This document shows, piece by piece, positions 22,066 to 35,500 of a stretch of 64,000 bases of DNA. Made by a program: the position numbers and the translations under genes. The DNA comes from Phoronis australis (taxonomy: Eukaryota; Animalia; Phoronida): NCBI GenBank assembly GCA_002633005.1, contig NMRA01000710.1, positions 63,151 to 127,150 of the forward strand, written 5' to 3'. Below the pieces are notes generated by a model. That model was not told the origin of the DNA, ran no database searches, and saw nothing but the letters and a program-made list of their open reading frames with translations. Numbering within the stretch: position 1 is the stretch's first letter; each line of letters begins with the position of its first letter.

Positions 22066-24069
22066 GCACTGAATATTCATGATATAACCATGATAAGTAC
22101 AGCAGACACCATTGAATATTTAGACACATCAGGCCCTGCTATCTCATCTTTTTTTCTGGGAATGAAACTCAAAATTATGTTTGGCATTTTCTACTCTACT
22201 TTCGTGTGAACTCAAGATATTAAGTGTCTATTATTCTATGCTCCAGTACATGATGACTTTCGTGGATAATAGTTTAGTCCTAGTTTGCAGTTGGTAAATC
22301 CAACATTAAGGCTCAAATTTCGAGTTTTTATTCAAGTTTGCAGCACGAATATAAGAGTCTTCAGCTGCAAACTAGAAACTCATGTGCCTAAACTATTATG
22401 TATTTGAGCACACTCTAACCACTTATCTTGAGTTCGCTCAAAAGTAGCAGAGAAGTTGCCAAAATAATTTTGAGTTGGTTTGAAGTACTAAGATTAGATA
22501 CGGGCCCAGGTGGAAGTCAGTTTTTGCTAACTTTAGACAGCATACCTTTATGTTCCTCATTTCATGATTTCCTTTTCACAGGAATACATTCCTGCGTCTA
22601 ATTATCATGTTAAAAATTGTTTACTCCATTTTCGATTTTTATCTGTTTTTTTGCCATCCAATTTTCAGACCAGTCACTGTATTGCATTTGATTAAAAATT
22701 GACAATTTCATTATTCTATTTATTTTACATGGAGTTGTGTGTTATCTTATGGTTTTCTCATTAACCATTTAATGTTTTAGTTTTTGGCTTCCATTGTGAA
22801 TTTATCTTGGCTTACTAAATGATCAAATCACAATAAGCTGTAGACACTGAAATTTTGGCAGCAAATTCTTAAAAAAATCATAACTGAATTGGAAATAAGT
22901 TTTGTTTTGTCTTGGGGGGCAGTTAATAATCTTTGATCATAATGAAATAAAAAAACTTGTGAATGTTCTTTACTGATGTACTTACTGAAATAAGGCATCA
23001 AGGGTGGAATGGAAAAAATAAAATTTTGAAATTTCAAAACTGTGAAAGTTACGGGTTTTTTTGTGGTGCCAATTCTTTTAAATATCTATATTTGAAATAT
23101 CTAATGTCTCTTTTTCACATAACACAATAACCGTTTTGAAAACGGAATAATTTTGAATGACTTCTTATCAAATTAAAATGGGTACCAGTTTGTGTCCCAG
23201 AAGGAAAGTTTGTCCACATGGAGAATATTGAATTCAGAAATTGATATTTTAGGCATATTTTCATGGTAACATTACTCGTACACAGCTATACAAATGGAGT
23301 TGTGTATATCAATACACTGTAATATATTTAATTTTAGCCACGCTTGACTTTAATCCCTACATTCAGACTTTTAACTTAAATTTTTTCTCTATTTCATAGT
23401 TGATATCAACTAGAAGTAGTGCATTTATCGTAGAATAAAATTTGTTTTTATGTACACATGTATTAAATTGTATACAAAAATACACTTCAGAATTATCAAC
23501 TCAGTACAATGCTTCTTCAGGTCACACTTTCTATCAGATTTAGTGTTAGTCCTCGTGTCACTCAGATGCAGTCGATGACTGTGCAAAACATAGCCACGTC
23601 TATTGCACAACAAAGGCATAGTCCTGGACTACCCGCCCAGTTTGGTCTTCATCAAATCAACTCAACACTTGTCTTTCGTCTTTGGAAACGCTAAGTTGGG
23701 AGTGCCTTATCTCTGCATAGAAGAAATAAAGAATCCTACAACAATAGTCTCAGGTTTATGACTGACATGGGCAAAACCTGGAAATTTCGTCAAAATCCCG
23801 AGACTCTATTCGCTCACATGAACCGTAAATTTAAAAACGATCTTTTTGCAGAAAAACTCGACGTGCACAAAACTTTCAACTACATGACGCAACTTTAGTA
23901 AAAACACGCTTGTGCAATGTAATTCAGTTACTTTTGATTAATAGTTTTATTTTAAACTTAGCAATCGTGAATTGTGTTCAGCTTACGTATCAATTATTAT
24001 TTGTATTATTAAAACTTAAAAAAGTGGTAATAAATAACACTGAGCATTGAATTGACCTTGCACCAGCAC

Positions 24070-24800
24070 AGAGCGAAATGCTTGTGGTTCCAGGAATTGC
24101 ACGCTCTGGGGTACGTTCGGAGTCATGGGTGACAATAGCTGTAGGGCTTCAAACACTGCAGAGGCTACAGCTCGAGGGTCTTTTGGCTTAAAAAAATGTT
24201 GCATTCTCTTGGGTAGCGACAGGGCACTGCTGGGAATCAACAACGATGGTATGGCACCGTGCCCTTCTTCACGCGTTGTTTTGCAGGAACCGTCATCACC
24301 TCCGCGTTCACATCTCTTTAGTAACCCGACGGCAGAAAATGCATGCCACGCATTCGGTAATTCTTAACTGTTTCGTACAAATGCATAGCGTGGATGGGTA
24401 ACAAGCAGTCTTCACACGCTCGAGCCAAGTACCTCGGAGTACGTTATCCGTCTTTAAGCGATGTACAAATGGCACACCCAAAATGCGCCAGAAACGATAA
24501 TGAGTACATCCCGGTACGCACCAACTGTGCAGTGTGTTGGCCGATTCGTAAAAAATGCAAACGACAAGCGAACGTATCAAAATGGAGGTAAAACAACGAC
24601 TGACTCAACAGTAATCACACAGTCAGGCTATATGAAAACAAAATGGCGAGAAATTCTAAACCACCAAAACATCAGTTACGGAATGACCATGACTAATTAG
24701 CTAAATTAAAGTAAGCCGTAATGAACTGAAAAATATGTCTGGGATTATTAAGGAACGGTATTTTTACTAAACAAGACAGGGAAATAGGTTGCCTTCTTCA
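24070..24800 (-). mobile_element. Degraded Kolobok relic (THAP region plus one TIR) of the same family as 41732-43420
   Basis: Minus strand WCVPGCTHYR...GVP..HR...LRGTWLERVK...LIPSSALS matches the THAP at 41997. 24690-24800 (aaaatatgtctggg...aaataggttgccttc) is a decayed copy of that element's TIR. Confidence 0.8.
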
Positions 24801-26443
24801 AGCTGATAACGATACATTTTAGATGAGGTTAGTTAGTCAACTTTTTCGCCCAGGTTCGTCAGCCCGATGTTGAGGTCTCATTTACCGTTGTTCGCTTTAA
24901 TTACCGTGTAGCCTCTGTGATAGAAATAATACCAACGTCATGTTTTCATTCACGTTGTGTCGTTAGATTACAGTCTCCATCAATCTCACCTTTCACAGCT
25001 GTGATAGGGATTCCCTACTACTGGACAAAACGACACCTGTTGAAGGAACTCCTCCATGACTCTTGGCATGTCCTGTCGTTTTTGCTCGTAGCCGTAGGGA
25101 AGTAAACTTTAACACACTGGTCACCTCTAAATCCCCATATGTCCAAATATTTTAAGGTAATATTGTACCTGGTCTGGTCAACCTCTCCCTTTTTTTCGAA
25201 GGTAATGCAAAGCCTAAATGTCAATGGTAAAATACCCAAACGGATTTCTTTGACTGAATACCTACTTCCTGATGCTGTGTGCTCTTAGATGAGGTTTGCG
25301 CTCGTAAAGTCTACCTGAGAATCGTTCTCATGGGTGTTGTGTGTCTCATTAAACTTTGCAGACTATTTAATTTTCTATTTTTCTTTGTTTTGTACCTCTT
25401 GTCAAGTTATGATAAATGACTACATTTACGCCTACCACTGTTCTCTTTACACCTGGGCTTTACATTGAATAGGTTACGCGGCGGTTATCAAAGGCATCAG
25501 ATATTTACACACCCTTTGTCCGCCACTGAACCTCCTGAACAGTTCTGAATCCATAACACAAACTGTAACTCGTCTGCTCGAACAAATAAACAACACTCAG
25601 AGGAACCGCCAAACTTTAGTATATAAATGTATATTCTCGTCGTGAAGAGAACTAAGAACAATTCGGGTTGGTAGGAAGGTAACATACGGACGATTAGTTG
25701 GACGTTGTGGATACATGACGTGTGTGCTACAACCGTACATGTACATATTAAATCGCTAACTTATACGCTTATAAGTGTTCAGTGTGTCGCACTACTTGAT
25801 ATATTCTCGACTCGGGTGGAAACTATAGGGTATATGCCATGAAAAGAATTGTACATTGACATCATAACTGGTCGAGAGTGGGCAACTCAGCTCGAACAGT
25901 CAAAATTTTCCGGTTTAGATTAAAGACAGCATGGTTTGGCCTCTGGCTGCTGGCGTTATATTTCTCTACATAATGAGATCAACACACTGGGGGCGACTAT
26001 AGTGTATTTTAATTTTCGTTTTGAAAATTTATAAATAGCAAATTTGAAAAGTTAGTGAAAAGTAAACGTGATTACATTTCAGTTGAAGTTGAAAATTGGA
26101 CAAGAAATGTGAATTTTACCACATAAAACGCCTGTTTTTTGTTTGCGATGTATCTTCATTAATTGTGATGGGTGATCAACATAGTTGGGTCAATTATTAA
26201 ATCACTGCAAGCAGCAGTTTTATTTTACGGTAAGACCAAGTGTCATTGTACAATTCGTGGCATGGGGCACAGAGATGACTCAAAGCCCATTGAACTTGAT
26301 CGTCTTCAACCATTCTTAAAAACATCGACTGTCTAATTAACAAAGCATATCATGAACCACACATTTGACTATGACGCACGTTTCTTTTTACTAAAGCAGC
26401 GTGATGATTTGAGCACTCGTAAACAAAACGACGGTGACGCGTA

Positions 26444-26500
26444 CTAAGAATTTTGCCTGATAGCGCAACACAGGACCATAGACAAGATCATGCCCAGCAG
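26444..26500 (-). CDS. Tetraspanin terminal coding exon
   Basis: tgtttcag|LLGMILSMVLCCAIRQNS*. Confidence 0.9.
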   Translation of the reverse strand: MLGMILSMVLCCAIRQNS

Positions 26501-29500
26501 CTGAAACAAACAAAACATCAAATTAAAGTTTAGTTTTCACAGCATATCATACAATATACAACTAGCCGATGAGAAGAGAAGCTTAAAGCAATGTCTTGTA
26601 TACAGCGTACACATTGATGTTGGAAATTTCATACATGCTTTGGTGTCTGTCAAATAATGCGTACATGCACTATATTTACAGATGGACTTGACCATATAGT
26701 GGCTATTTTGCCGAAAATTTTTTAATGAACAGCGTATAACGGCGCCCGAGTACGATTACATAAGCTGTGAACACGGACCTATTGCCTCTTTTTGGTAAGC
26801 AAAATGTGTCACAACACTTGGCGCATATTATCACATTGTGTCACAACACTAGGCGCACATTGTCGCATTATGTGTCTCAACACTAGGCGCACATTACCGC
26901 AATATATGTCACAACACTTGGCGCATATTATCGCAATGTGTCACAACACTAGGCGCACATTGTCCCATTATGTGTCACAACACTAGGCGCACATTACCGC
27001 AATATATGTCACAACACTTGGCGCATATTATCGCAATATGTGTCACAACACTTGGCGCGTGTTATCGCAATATGTCACCACACTATGCGCACACTATCGC
27101 CCTTATTTATGCTAAACGGTGGTATGTTTATTACGTATTTGACACAGAGTCATGGGTGGGGAGGGTATAGCAAATTGTAAACAAGTCCAGTTGCAAGTAC
27201 TCGAACGTGCGAAAATTCAACGCATAATGGTGGCGATCTTGGTAGTGACAATGACAATAATGACAAGACTTCTTGAATCACACTATATGATTAACCAATG
27301 GCGCCACAGCATGGTTCAGTTTCAATGTGGGACTAATTGTTACACCCAGCACCCATGTTTTGAATAACTATCCCCGGAAAGCAACTTCGTTTGCGGGAGC
27401 GATTGCGAAACGGTGATACCTTGGGATGTTAGAAACAGTATGTTTCATAGCGTACAAGCGACTGGACCTCTTCCTGAATGGAAGGGACGTATAAGTACAC
27501 GGTGTCGGCGAGTGGCGGTAGAGAATATCCCTCGTCCTTTCAATACTCTGTTTCAGGTCTGAAATGGGTATTTCCCAGTTGACCTTCGGACTATTGGGTC
27601 TTATTAATTGAGACCAGCAAATCCTTGATATCTTGCCGCAAGGAGTTCATCCTTCGCCGACGTTATTTCCGAACGCTAACTGTCAGTGGTTTGGGCGTGC
27701 ATGAAAATGATACACGTTTTGACTTCTAATTAGACCCACTTGCGCGCAGTGCCTGGCCTATATATTCAAATCTGGATTAATTTGCTTCAAGAGTTCTGTG
27801 TATTCTTGGATCGTTCTTTCCCTGACATAATCTTTCTTTCTGAAAGTAAACTCGCCTTTTCAGTCTGCCAGGCCACCCAGTTATGCAAAGTAAACAGTCG
27901 GATATTCTACCTGTGACGTTCAATGCCGGTGGGATACTCTATCGTTGTGTAGTCGGATGATAACGTGGAAATTGATTAATTTTTACGTAACAACTGAACA
28001 ATTGCCAACAGAATGCTCAAGGAGTAGGGTGGTTAACTTAAATATATTTGCTTTGGGTTGCAGTTGGTAAGGTGTCAGGGGGGGGGGAGTAGCGGGCCGT
28101 TTCTTAAAATTTATAAGCTTATCTTGTAAGAAGTTGACGCTTCATTGGATCACCGAATTTTGATAGTTCAAATTCGGCAAAATATTCTCATCCGGCCCCA
28201 GATGTCCACTAGATGCTAAAAATAACCGTACACGAAGGATGAAGTAATGCAAGACGTGCAAGTATATTGTAGCTGTAGCCTGCGTGGCATGGGGCTGTAA
28301 CTAAACATGTCGCAGTCGAGGATGCAGTGGAATACAAAGGAGAAAATGAGAGAAAACCTACAACTTACCATGACGCATCCTATCCCAATGGCCACACCCC
28401 CTACTATAAGGAGATTGTCTGAGAAAAAGTCGAACAGCTTTTTGGAGCAGGGCTGAAATGAAGTATGTACTGGTCAGTAAAAGGGCGGCAAAAAGCTTTC
28501 CAACATTTACACTATAATTAAAGAAAGGTACTACTTCATCAACCAATGTTGAACACAGAACGAGTCTACAGTGATTGCTGAACACAGAACGAGTCTACTG
28601 TGAAATTAATCAAAATCTTCAAATTAAGCATTAAAATTCTAAGCATGCCAAACCGTGGCTATTTTTCACTTAATTATTTTACGTTCATTAAAAGCCACAC
28701 ATACGCGATATTCAGAACTCGTGTACTTCCATTCCCGTACAGCTGAGAAATGATTCATGTAGCCATTCAGAGACTAGTCAGACATTTTTGATCAATGTAT
28801 GAACTCTAAAATTTTAAGAAGTATTTTTAATGAAAAATATATAGGGACGATTACCATAACGTCAGTGAGTGGTCATAGCACCATAAAGTTTGAGAAGATC
28901 GCCTAGTGAACACTATCAGCCGCTTAAACAAAACCTGGTTTAAGACTTATACCTGCATAATCGCATAATCTTCTTGCGTGTGGTATAATTTCAGGTTACC
29001 CAGCTAGTAACACAGGTTTCACCAATGTGGTTTAGAAGCCTGAACACCTGGTAGTGGATTTATATTCAAACAGAGATAGAGTTCAGTAACGCTAGGACCT
29101 ACGCCAGGTCCCCGCTAAGCTCTAGCCAAAACCACGTGTTCTCAGAACTGAGAGACTTGAAAAAATTCTCGTGAGGAAAAATGTGTCCTCACACAACTGA
29201 TTAAAAGATATCAATGTTATAGAACTACAAAGTTGAGGCCAAGTCAAGTCAATGTAAGTATGAGGAGTGACACTGGTTCAGTTCCAAGAATTGGCGAAAA
29301 ATACAACAACAAATAGTTTAGTAATATTAGAAACGCTCAGAAATGAAGGCCGAAAGGGATTTTTTACAAGTGAAAAAATCGATAAGAAAACCTGTGGGCA
29401 GGTCTAAGATATCGCGAAATGGTCCGACATTATTCGTTTTGTAATATTTGCGTCTAACATTCACTTGCAAAAGCACGTACATAAAAAATTAGTGCAACCC

Positions 29501-32500
29501 TGCGATTAGCCACAACCTAATAATGTCAAAACTTATATCTCCGCATCATTTTCTACCATTGATTATTTGTCGACAGCCAATAGGGGGTATGTTCCACCCC
29601 TCCAAAATCCACCACTAGGGCCAAAGGAAGTAGAAGTGGGCAAATCAGGCAATGTTAGACGTGATTGGAGATGAAGCTGTCTTCATTCCCGCCCTTAACA
29701 CTTATGACGATGGTGTTATGCTCGATCACTCGAAACCTGGGCAATCTGATGGACACCTTACAACTGATCTAAGAGCGAATGCGGACGGTGTGATCTCAAA
29801 ACTAAAACAGTCTGTTCTTGCTGTTAGACGTGGTCTGTAGTGATGCACACCGAGGTGTCTTTCAGTTGCACAATTTAGGAAATGTTCTTCGCGCAAGTCT
29901 GCCATTATTAATATTGCAGTCCTAAGGAATTTAGACCTCAGTGGGAGGTGAAACTAAAACCGGCTTAGACCAGATTTAATCTGCAGTTTTTACTGGACCA
30001 GTTGTCTTACAGTTAGTCCTCCTTCATTAAATGCAATTTTTCTTACACCAGATGTACCTTCATGAAATCAGCTGCGATCATTAAATTTCAAAATATAGTT
30101 TGCGCGACAATTCATGCAACAAGCTTTTCTTTATATATGTGTAAAACAACGTGTTGTGGAAATTGACAAGTGTTGCACCAGATGAGTAACAGAAAATTTA
30201 TGAATTTAAGTCTACATCCGGGCATATTCTTGTTCCTTAGAGTTAGTCTGTGAGCATGGCTGGTGAAAGCAGACCTTGTTGCATTGCCAATAAATGTAAG
30301 ACTTTGCAAAAGAAAGGCAGGCGTATAGTCTTAATTCAACCGGCGGATGCCATGGTGTCGATTCCCGAGTATGACTAATTTGTTTCTTTATCACGGAATT
30401 TCCCAAAAATTATCGACATGATACTCTTTTTGGCAAAAGGCAACTTGGGTCACTAGCTCTTTTTCGCACTGAATTTTTTTCTTCAAGAGCGTTCCTTTCT
30501 CAAGTCTTTGAGGAAAGAACGTAGTTCAGAAAAAGACTTTTACAAAGGAAAAATGCTTTCCCCATATATCGTATACACAATGGTATCTTATAGCTAAACA
30601 ATGCGATTTTAATCGCACGGTGGGAACGACGGAAAGATGTTAAAGCATCTTTCCGTCGTTCCCACCGTTCCTATTTTTAGTCCTGAAGACAACACTGTTT
30701 ACGAGAAAGTGACGTGGATACTGGGATTGCCGATGCAATTCGTGCGAGACTGACTACTGTGAGCGTAGAAGTGTAGGCATACTAACTGTCGTGTAATAAC
30801 GTAGCTTGCAGGTGTCTGGTGGTAGGCGTGGCAGATAATCGATCGAGCCACTGGTGGCACCACAGCATTCCAACTGAAAAACAAAACGAACGTGTGGTTG
30901 TTTAGGGCCTTCAGTTACACATGTGAAAGTGAAGGTGGCTGTTGTCTCACGTCGTACCCTCATTACTGTGTATACATGAAGCCCTGCATGTATAATAGCA
31001 TCAACCACGCTTGCTTCAATCAATCTGTACAAGTCATCATTGACCGTTCTTACTTTAAAGCATATTTCGACCCACCACGTAACATTTCTGCATGATCGAT
31101 CTCTTTAGAGTCAAATCGAAGAGAATTAAGCAAGGCACACCAGTAGAGCACAACTGGGCGATACACCATAGCTACATTGACCTCGCTTGTTTCAATTTTA
31201 TGTGAAAATAGCGATTGCTGGATTGGTTCGGCGTTTTGATAGAAGGTTGGTCTGCGCGAGAGCGTGGGAATGATGAGGATGGCATTTGGAGATCAGGAGG
31301 CAGTTGTTGCTACACATGCTGCTGCCTGACAAGTGAGCAACTATAACCTTTTGAAGAAATTCGCATTTCTGTTTTTTCAAATTTCAGCTTTTAGGGGTTG
31401 TAGGGGTTACAGAACATTATTCAGTGGCGGATCTAGTTTACCATAAGGGGGGGGCAACATCCTCGGGGAATTGGGCAAAGCGCGATTGCATATGCACAGG
31501 CGGGCCGAAATTTGGGGGGCCGAGGATGTAGACCTTCTCTTCTGACGAAAATCTATCGGTGGACTAAAAAAAGAAAAAAAAACGGGAACGTGTTTCCGCG
31601 TCTGAGCGTCCGCTGCCGGTCCTAGCTCAATATTTCCTCACACTTCACGCTGTTCCTGTTTCATTTTGTATGCGGCAGTCAATGGGGCGGGGGACCTGGA
31701 TGGGAAAGTCGTTTTTAGTAGCTGCTTTTGGGCCAAAACCGGGTTTAGTATCCTTTTAAGTATGCTCCGAATTGAGTACAATATTCAAGCAATTGGTTAT
31801 ATAATGCGCTCTCTACAGGACAAAACAGTTTTCATCATGAACTGAGGTGCCAAAGCGCACTGACTGATAGTTCACCCAATTTTGACCTGAAAATAACGAT
31901 TAACGACAAATATATATTTCTTGTCTGCTACAATAAACATACAGATTTTCAGATGTGTACATAAAAAATTGGGGCCTCTATAAGCCTTTAATTAGGAATT
32001 CGAAAACAAAGTGGCCGCCACTTCCGCCATGTTGAATCCCATTAGGATGAAAGACAAATAAACTTCGAGCCATTTATGAGACACATATTGTGTGTAAACT
32101 TCGCCTTGATCCGATAAGAAATGCAATCTGAAGCATGCGTACACGAATTAAACAAAAAAAGCTTATGAATTTTATGACAAACAAACCTACTTTCATTTCA
32201 CCAAGTAAAAACAAAACGAGATCGCTCGGAGTAGCGACCTTTGGTGAAATGGACTGAAAGGACAGTGGAGATGAAGATGATGACAATGATGATGGTGATG
32301 ATGATAGTGTCGATGATGAACATGACGATAACTATCATATTGCGAATGAAAATGTCAAAAATGAGTAAAAAATATAGTCTTGTTTAACAGACAGTAAACC
32401 AGCAAAAAGTGCAGCAAAAATCAGCGAAGGAACAGCATCATCAGAAAACCCCTAATAATTCAAAACAAGACATCCTAGCGAAAAATGAAACATTTTGCTG

Positions 32501-35500
32501 AAAGGCCTTTTAAAGCTATCTATCAGGTCAGTTTTACAAAATTTCAAATTTTTTGAAAATGTTCATCTGTACTACATGTCTGGTACAATAATCGTACCAA
32601 TTTTCATCCCCGTAGGTCAAAAATGGGCATTTGATTCTGAATTCGAACAAAATGGCTTCCATATAAACGGTGAGCATCATCAACGCTAAACCAAGTGTAA
32701 TTGTATTCATTGGCAACTTGAAAACAAACAATTTGCAAACAGCCGACATTTGCACTAATGACATACCTTGGGGTATCACATAGCCCTCGTCATGCAGTTT
32801 TATTCCCCAATACCAATACTTGCTGGATGCGGCTGAGTGATTTACGGCAGATTATTTTCGACACAAAACTTGTTCTTAACAACGATTTACAATTTTCAAC
32901 CTGCTTTACATTGTATGTTCACATCTGCCTTACATGTTGCGTTTCAAACTGATTTGACCAAGCAATCTCGGAGATAAAGAATAAGCGCTCAAGTTCCACT
33001 TTAAAATTGACTAATCCAGCTGTTGCAGACAAATTCCAAATGATTCATTTCGATTAGCTTATGATCATGTTGCATTCAGTTAAATGCAGCTAAAAGCTTT
33101 CTCAAAGACCTGGCTAATTATACTATTGTTGTTGTTTCAAGGGGCCTAAGAGTGTGACAGCATGGCGCCTGAGAGTGTGACAGCATGGCGCCTGAGAGTG
33201 TGACAGCATTCCATTTCTGTTACCAACTCAAGTCACGTTCAATGCGTACATCCACCATTTTTAAATTGGTAATTTAAGTAAGTGTTTTCTTGAGTCGCTG
33301 GTGGTTACACGTTCTTGGCGGCAACGGAATAAAATGTTATCACGGTTTGAGATTTTATAAAAAGTCTCGTTCGATTTCCCTTTTTTAAACAGCTAGAGAG
33401 AGCGAAATGAAATTTTAAGGCACCCGTGAGGCGAAGGTTTGCCGTAGATTAAATACACCGAGGCGCGAGGACGTTTCCTAAAGCAGGTGCCATTGTCCAA
33501 CAGGGCGCCTTGCGCGCCACCTGTGAACAACTGCGGTAGAGTCGTCATGTTGCATGCAAATCTCAATGCTCATGTACAGTTTTGCACTGCAACGAATTGC
33601 AGCAATGCCCTACGGAAATAATCAAACCTGCATGTTTAGTTTTCCAAATTCAGTAGATTTTTTTCGAGCACGCACTATATTGCTTGACCCTATTTCAAAA
33701 ACGCGTGTACTATTTGCTGTGATGTGTTTTAACTAAACCTGAGAGGGATTGCCCAAGAACAAAACAATCAAATAGCACCAAAAGGTGAGCAGCCTGTAAT
33801 GTATCAAAGGAAGAGCATTAAAGCTGAAAAAGCCCAAGTACGAAGGGTTTGATTGGCTTTCTGCTCGTATGTTATAATATAGCATGGGGAAATTACAGTT
33901 ATGCGCAGTTCGATTTATTTGCTTGTGGCAATGAGAAATACAAATCTGGAGCAGTTAATTAGATTTGAGATGTTTTAGTATCTTCACGACTACAATTTGA
34001 GATGTTTTAGTATCTTCACGGCTACGGTTTCCCTCTTGACTTCTGTCTAAGACCTAGTCTAGCATGCACAGGTCTTATTATGTACTGGTATGTAATCGAA
34101 GCTTTCCATTTAACGCCTTGAGGTTAAACAGATGATGGAATATTCAGGTTCACATATGTATTTGTATTTGTTTATAATAGTAACGTGAATGTATGCAAAA
34201 ATATCCCGGCCCTAGTACCAGTTGCATAATGTAGAAATCCGTCTCTTTAATTCACTGAAACACTTCTAATTTAGTGCATTAATTTAACAAATCTTACGCT
34301 TTAAAAAACGCCGATTATTTGGTTGTAGAAAACAGAATTAAAAGACACAATCTCGACAGTCTTGATCCTGATTTATGCAACCAGGTCCAGGGCCTCTTAC
34401 GTTTGCCACTGAAGTCACCTATATGTGAAGACCTGTTAACTCTGAGACGTTTTTACATTGATTCACGTTTATGACATGAAATCGCAATCTCATTTCATTG
34501 TGCTTTAATCTCACATCTGTTTAATATTGTAGGAATGTGAAGTAAAATCCGACTTAAAATCCCTGACTGACTCCAAATGCTTTGGGAATTTGATCTGCCA
34601 CCGCTGTGTCAAGGAAGCACAGATAACTCGCCTTTTCGCAAACTATTGCTAAATGTTTCCAATGTAGGAGGGGGACAAGCCACTCTCGCCCCCTGTCCGG
34701 CGCGTATTGAATAACAGCTTCGCATTGAGGAACAAAGAATTGAAAACCGAAAGCGTTTATCTTCAATTAAATATTGAGAGAGTCCCTAAAAGCTCATAAA
34801 TATAAATTAAATACAGCAGATTGCCACGACCCCCCCCCCCTTTGTGGTGTTTTTGGCGGAGGCGAAACAACTACCCGACCCTGCGCGGACCCAGCCTAAA
34901 ATATGGAGGGGCCGAATTTTTGAGAATGTGGACATTTTACTAAGACTCAGGGGGTAGGTTCAGAGCTATGAATTCGAGTTTTGGTAGTTCCTGCGTTTTT
35001 AGTGGACTTTTATTACTTTTTCAGAGTATTTTGTTTCTCTGAGGCGGATCTTCCTGCCCACTTCGCTTCTGGGTACGTGCATGCAGACGGAAGATGGCGC
35101 TCTGTGCCGAGTGTGACAGGCTTTCAATATGTTGTGACGCATCTCGGCTATTCAAACCTATGGTTTTAACTTGTGGTTTTTTGCCACCATGAAATCTGAT
35201 GTTACCGCCAATGTAAACAATACATGTCTTGTATTCTGTGTGTTTATTATTGTGCCGAATTGAGAATAAAAGAACGAAAGTTTTAACAATAAACTGCATG
35301 TGGCAACGATTGCATTTCATGAAGCGCAGCAGAAACACGGGGTACATTTCTTGTGTTATCCTTGTCACCAAAAGTACTTGTCACCTCTTGTTTTCTTGTA
35401 ACTCAGCATTTTTACTTCATTCGTGTTTTTCCGATTTATACTTTACATCCTATGTCAACAAAATCATTTCAATAAACTCCATCAATCTGCATTAAATGTT

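Noticed and set aside
27370-27970. Coding-like - strand stretch with splice-like signals in the last tetraspanin intron
   Set aside because: Every frame is interrupted by stops, I recognise no motif, and the tetraspanin is complete without it.
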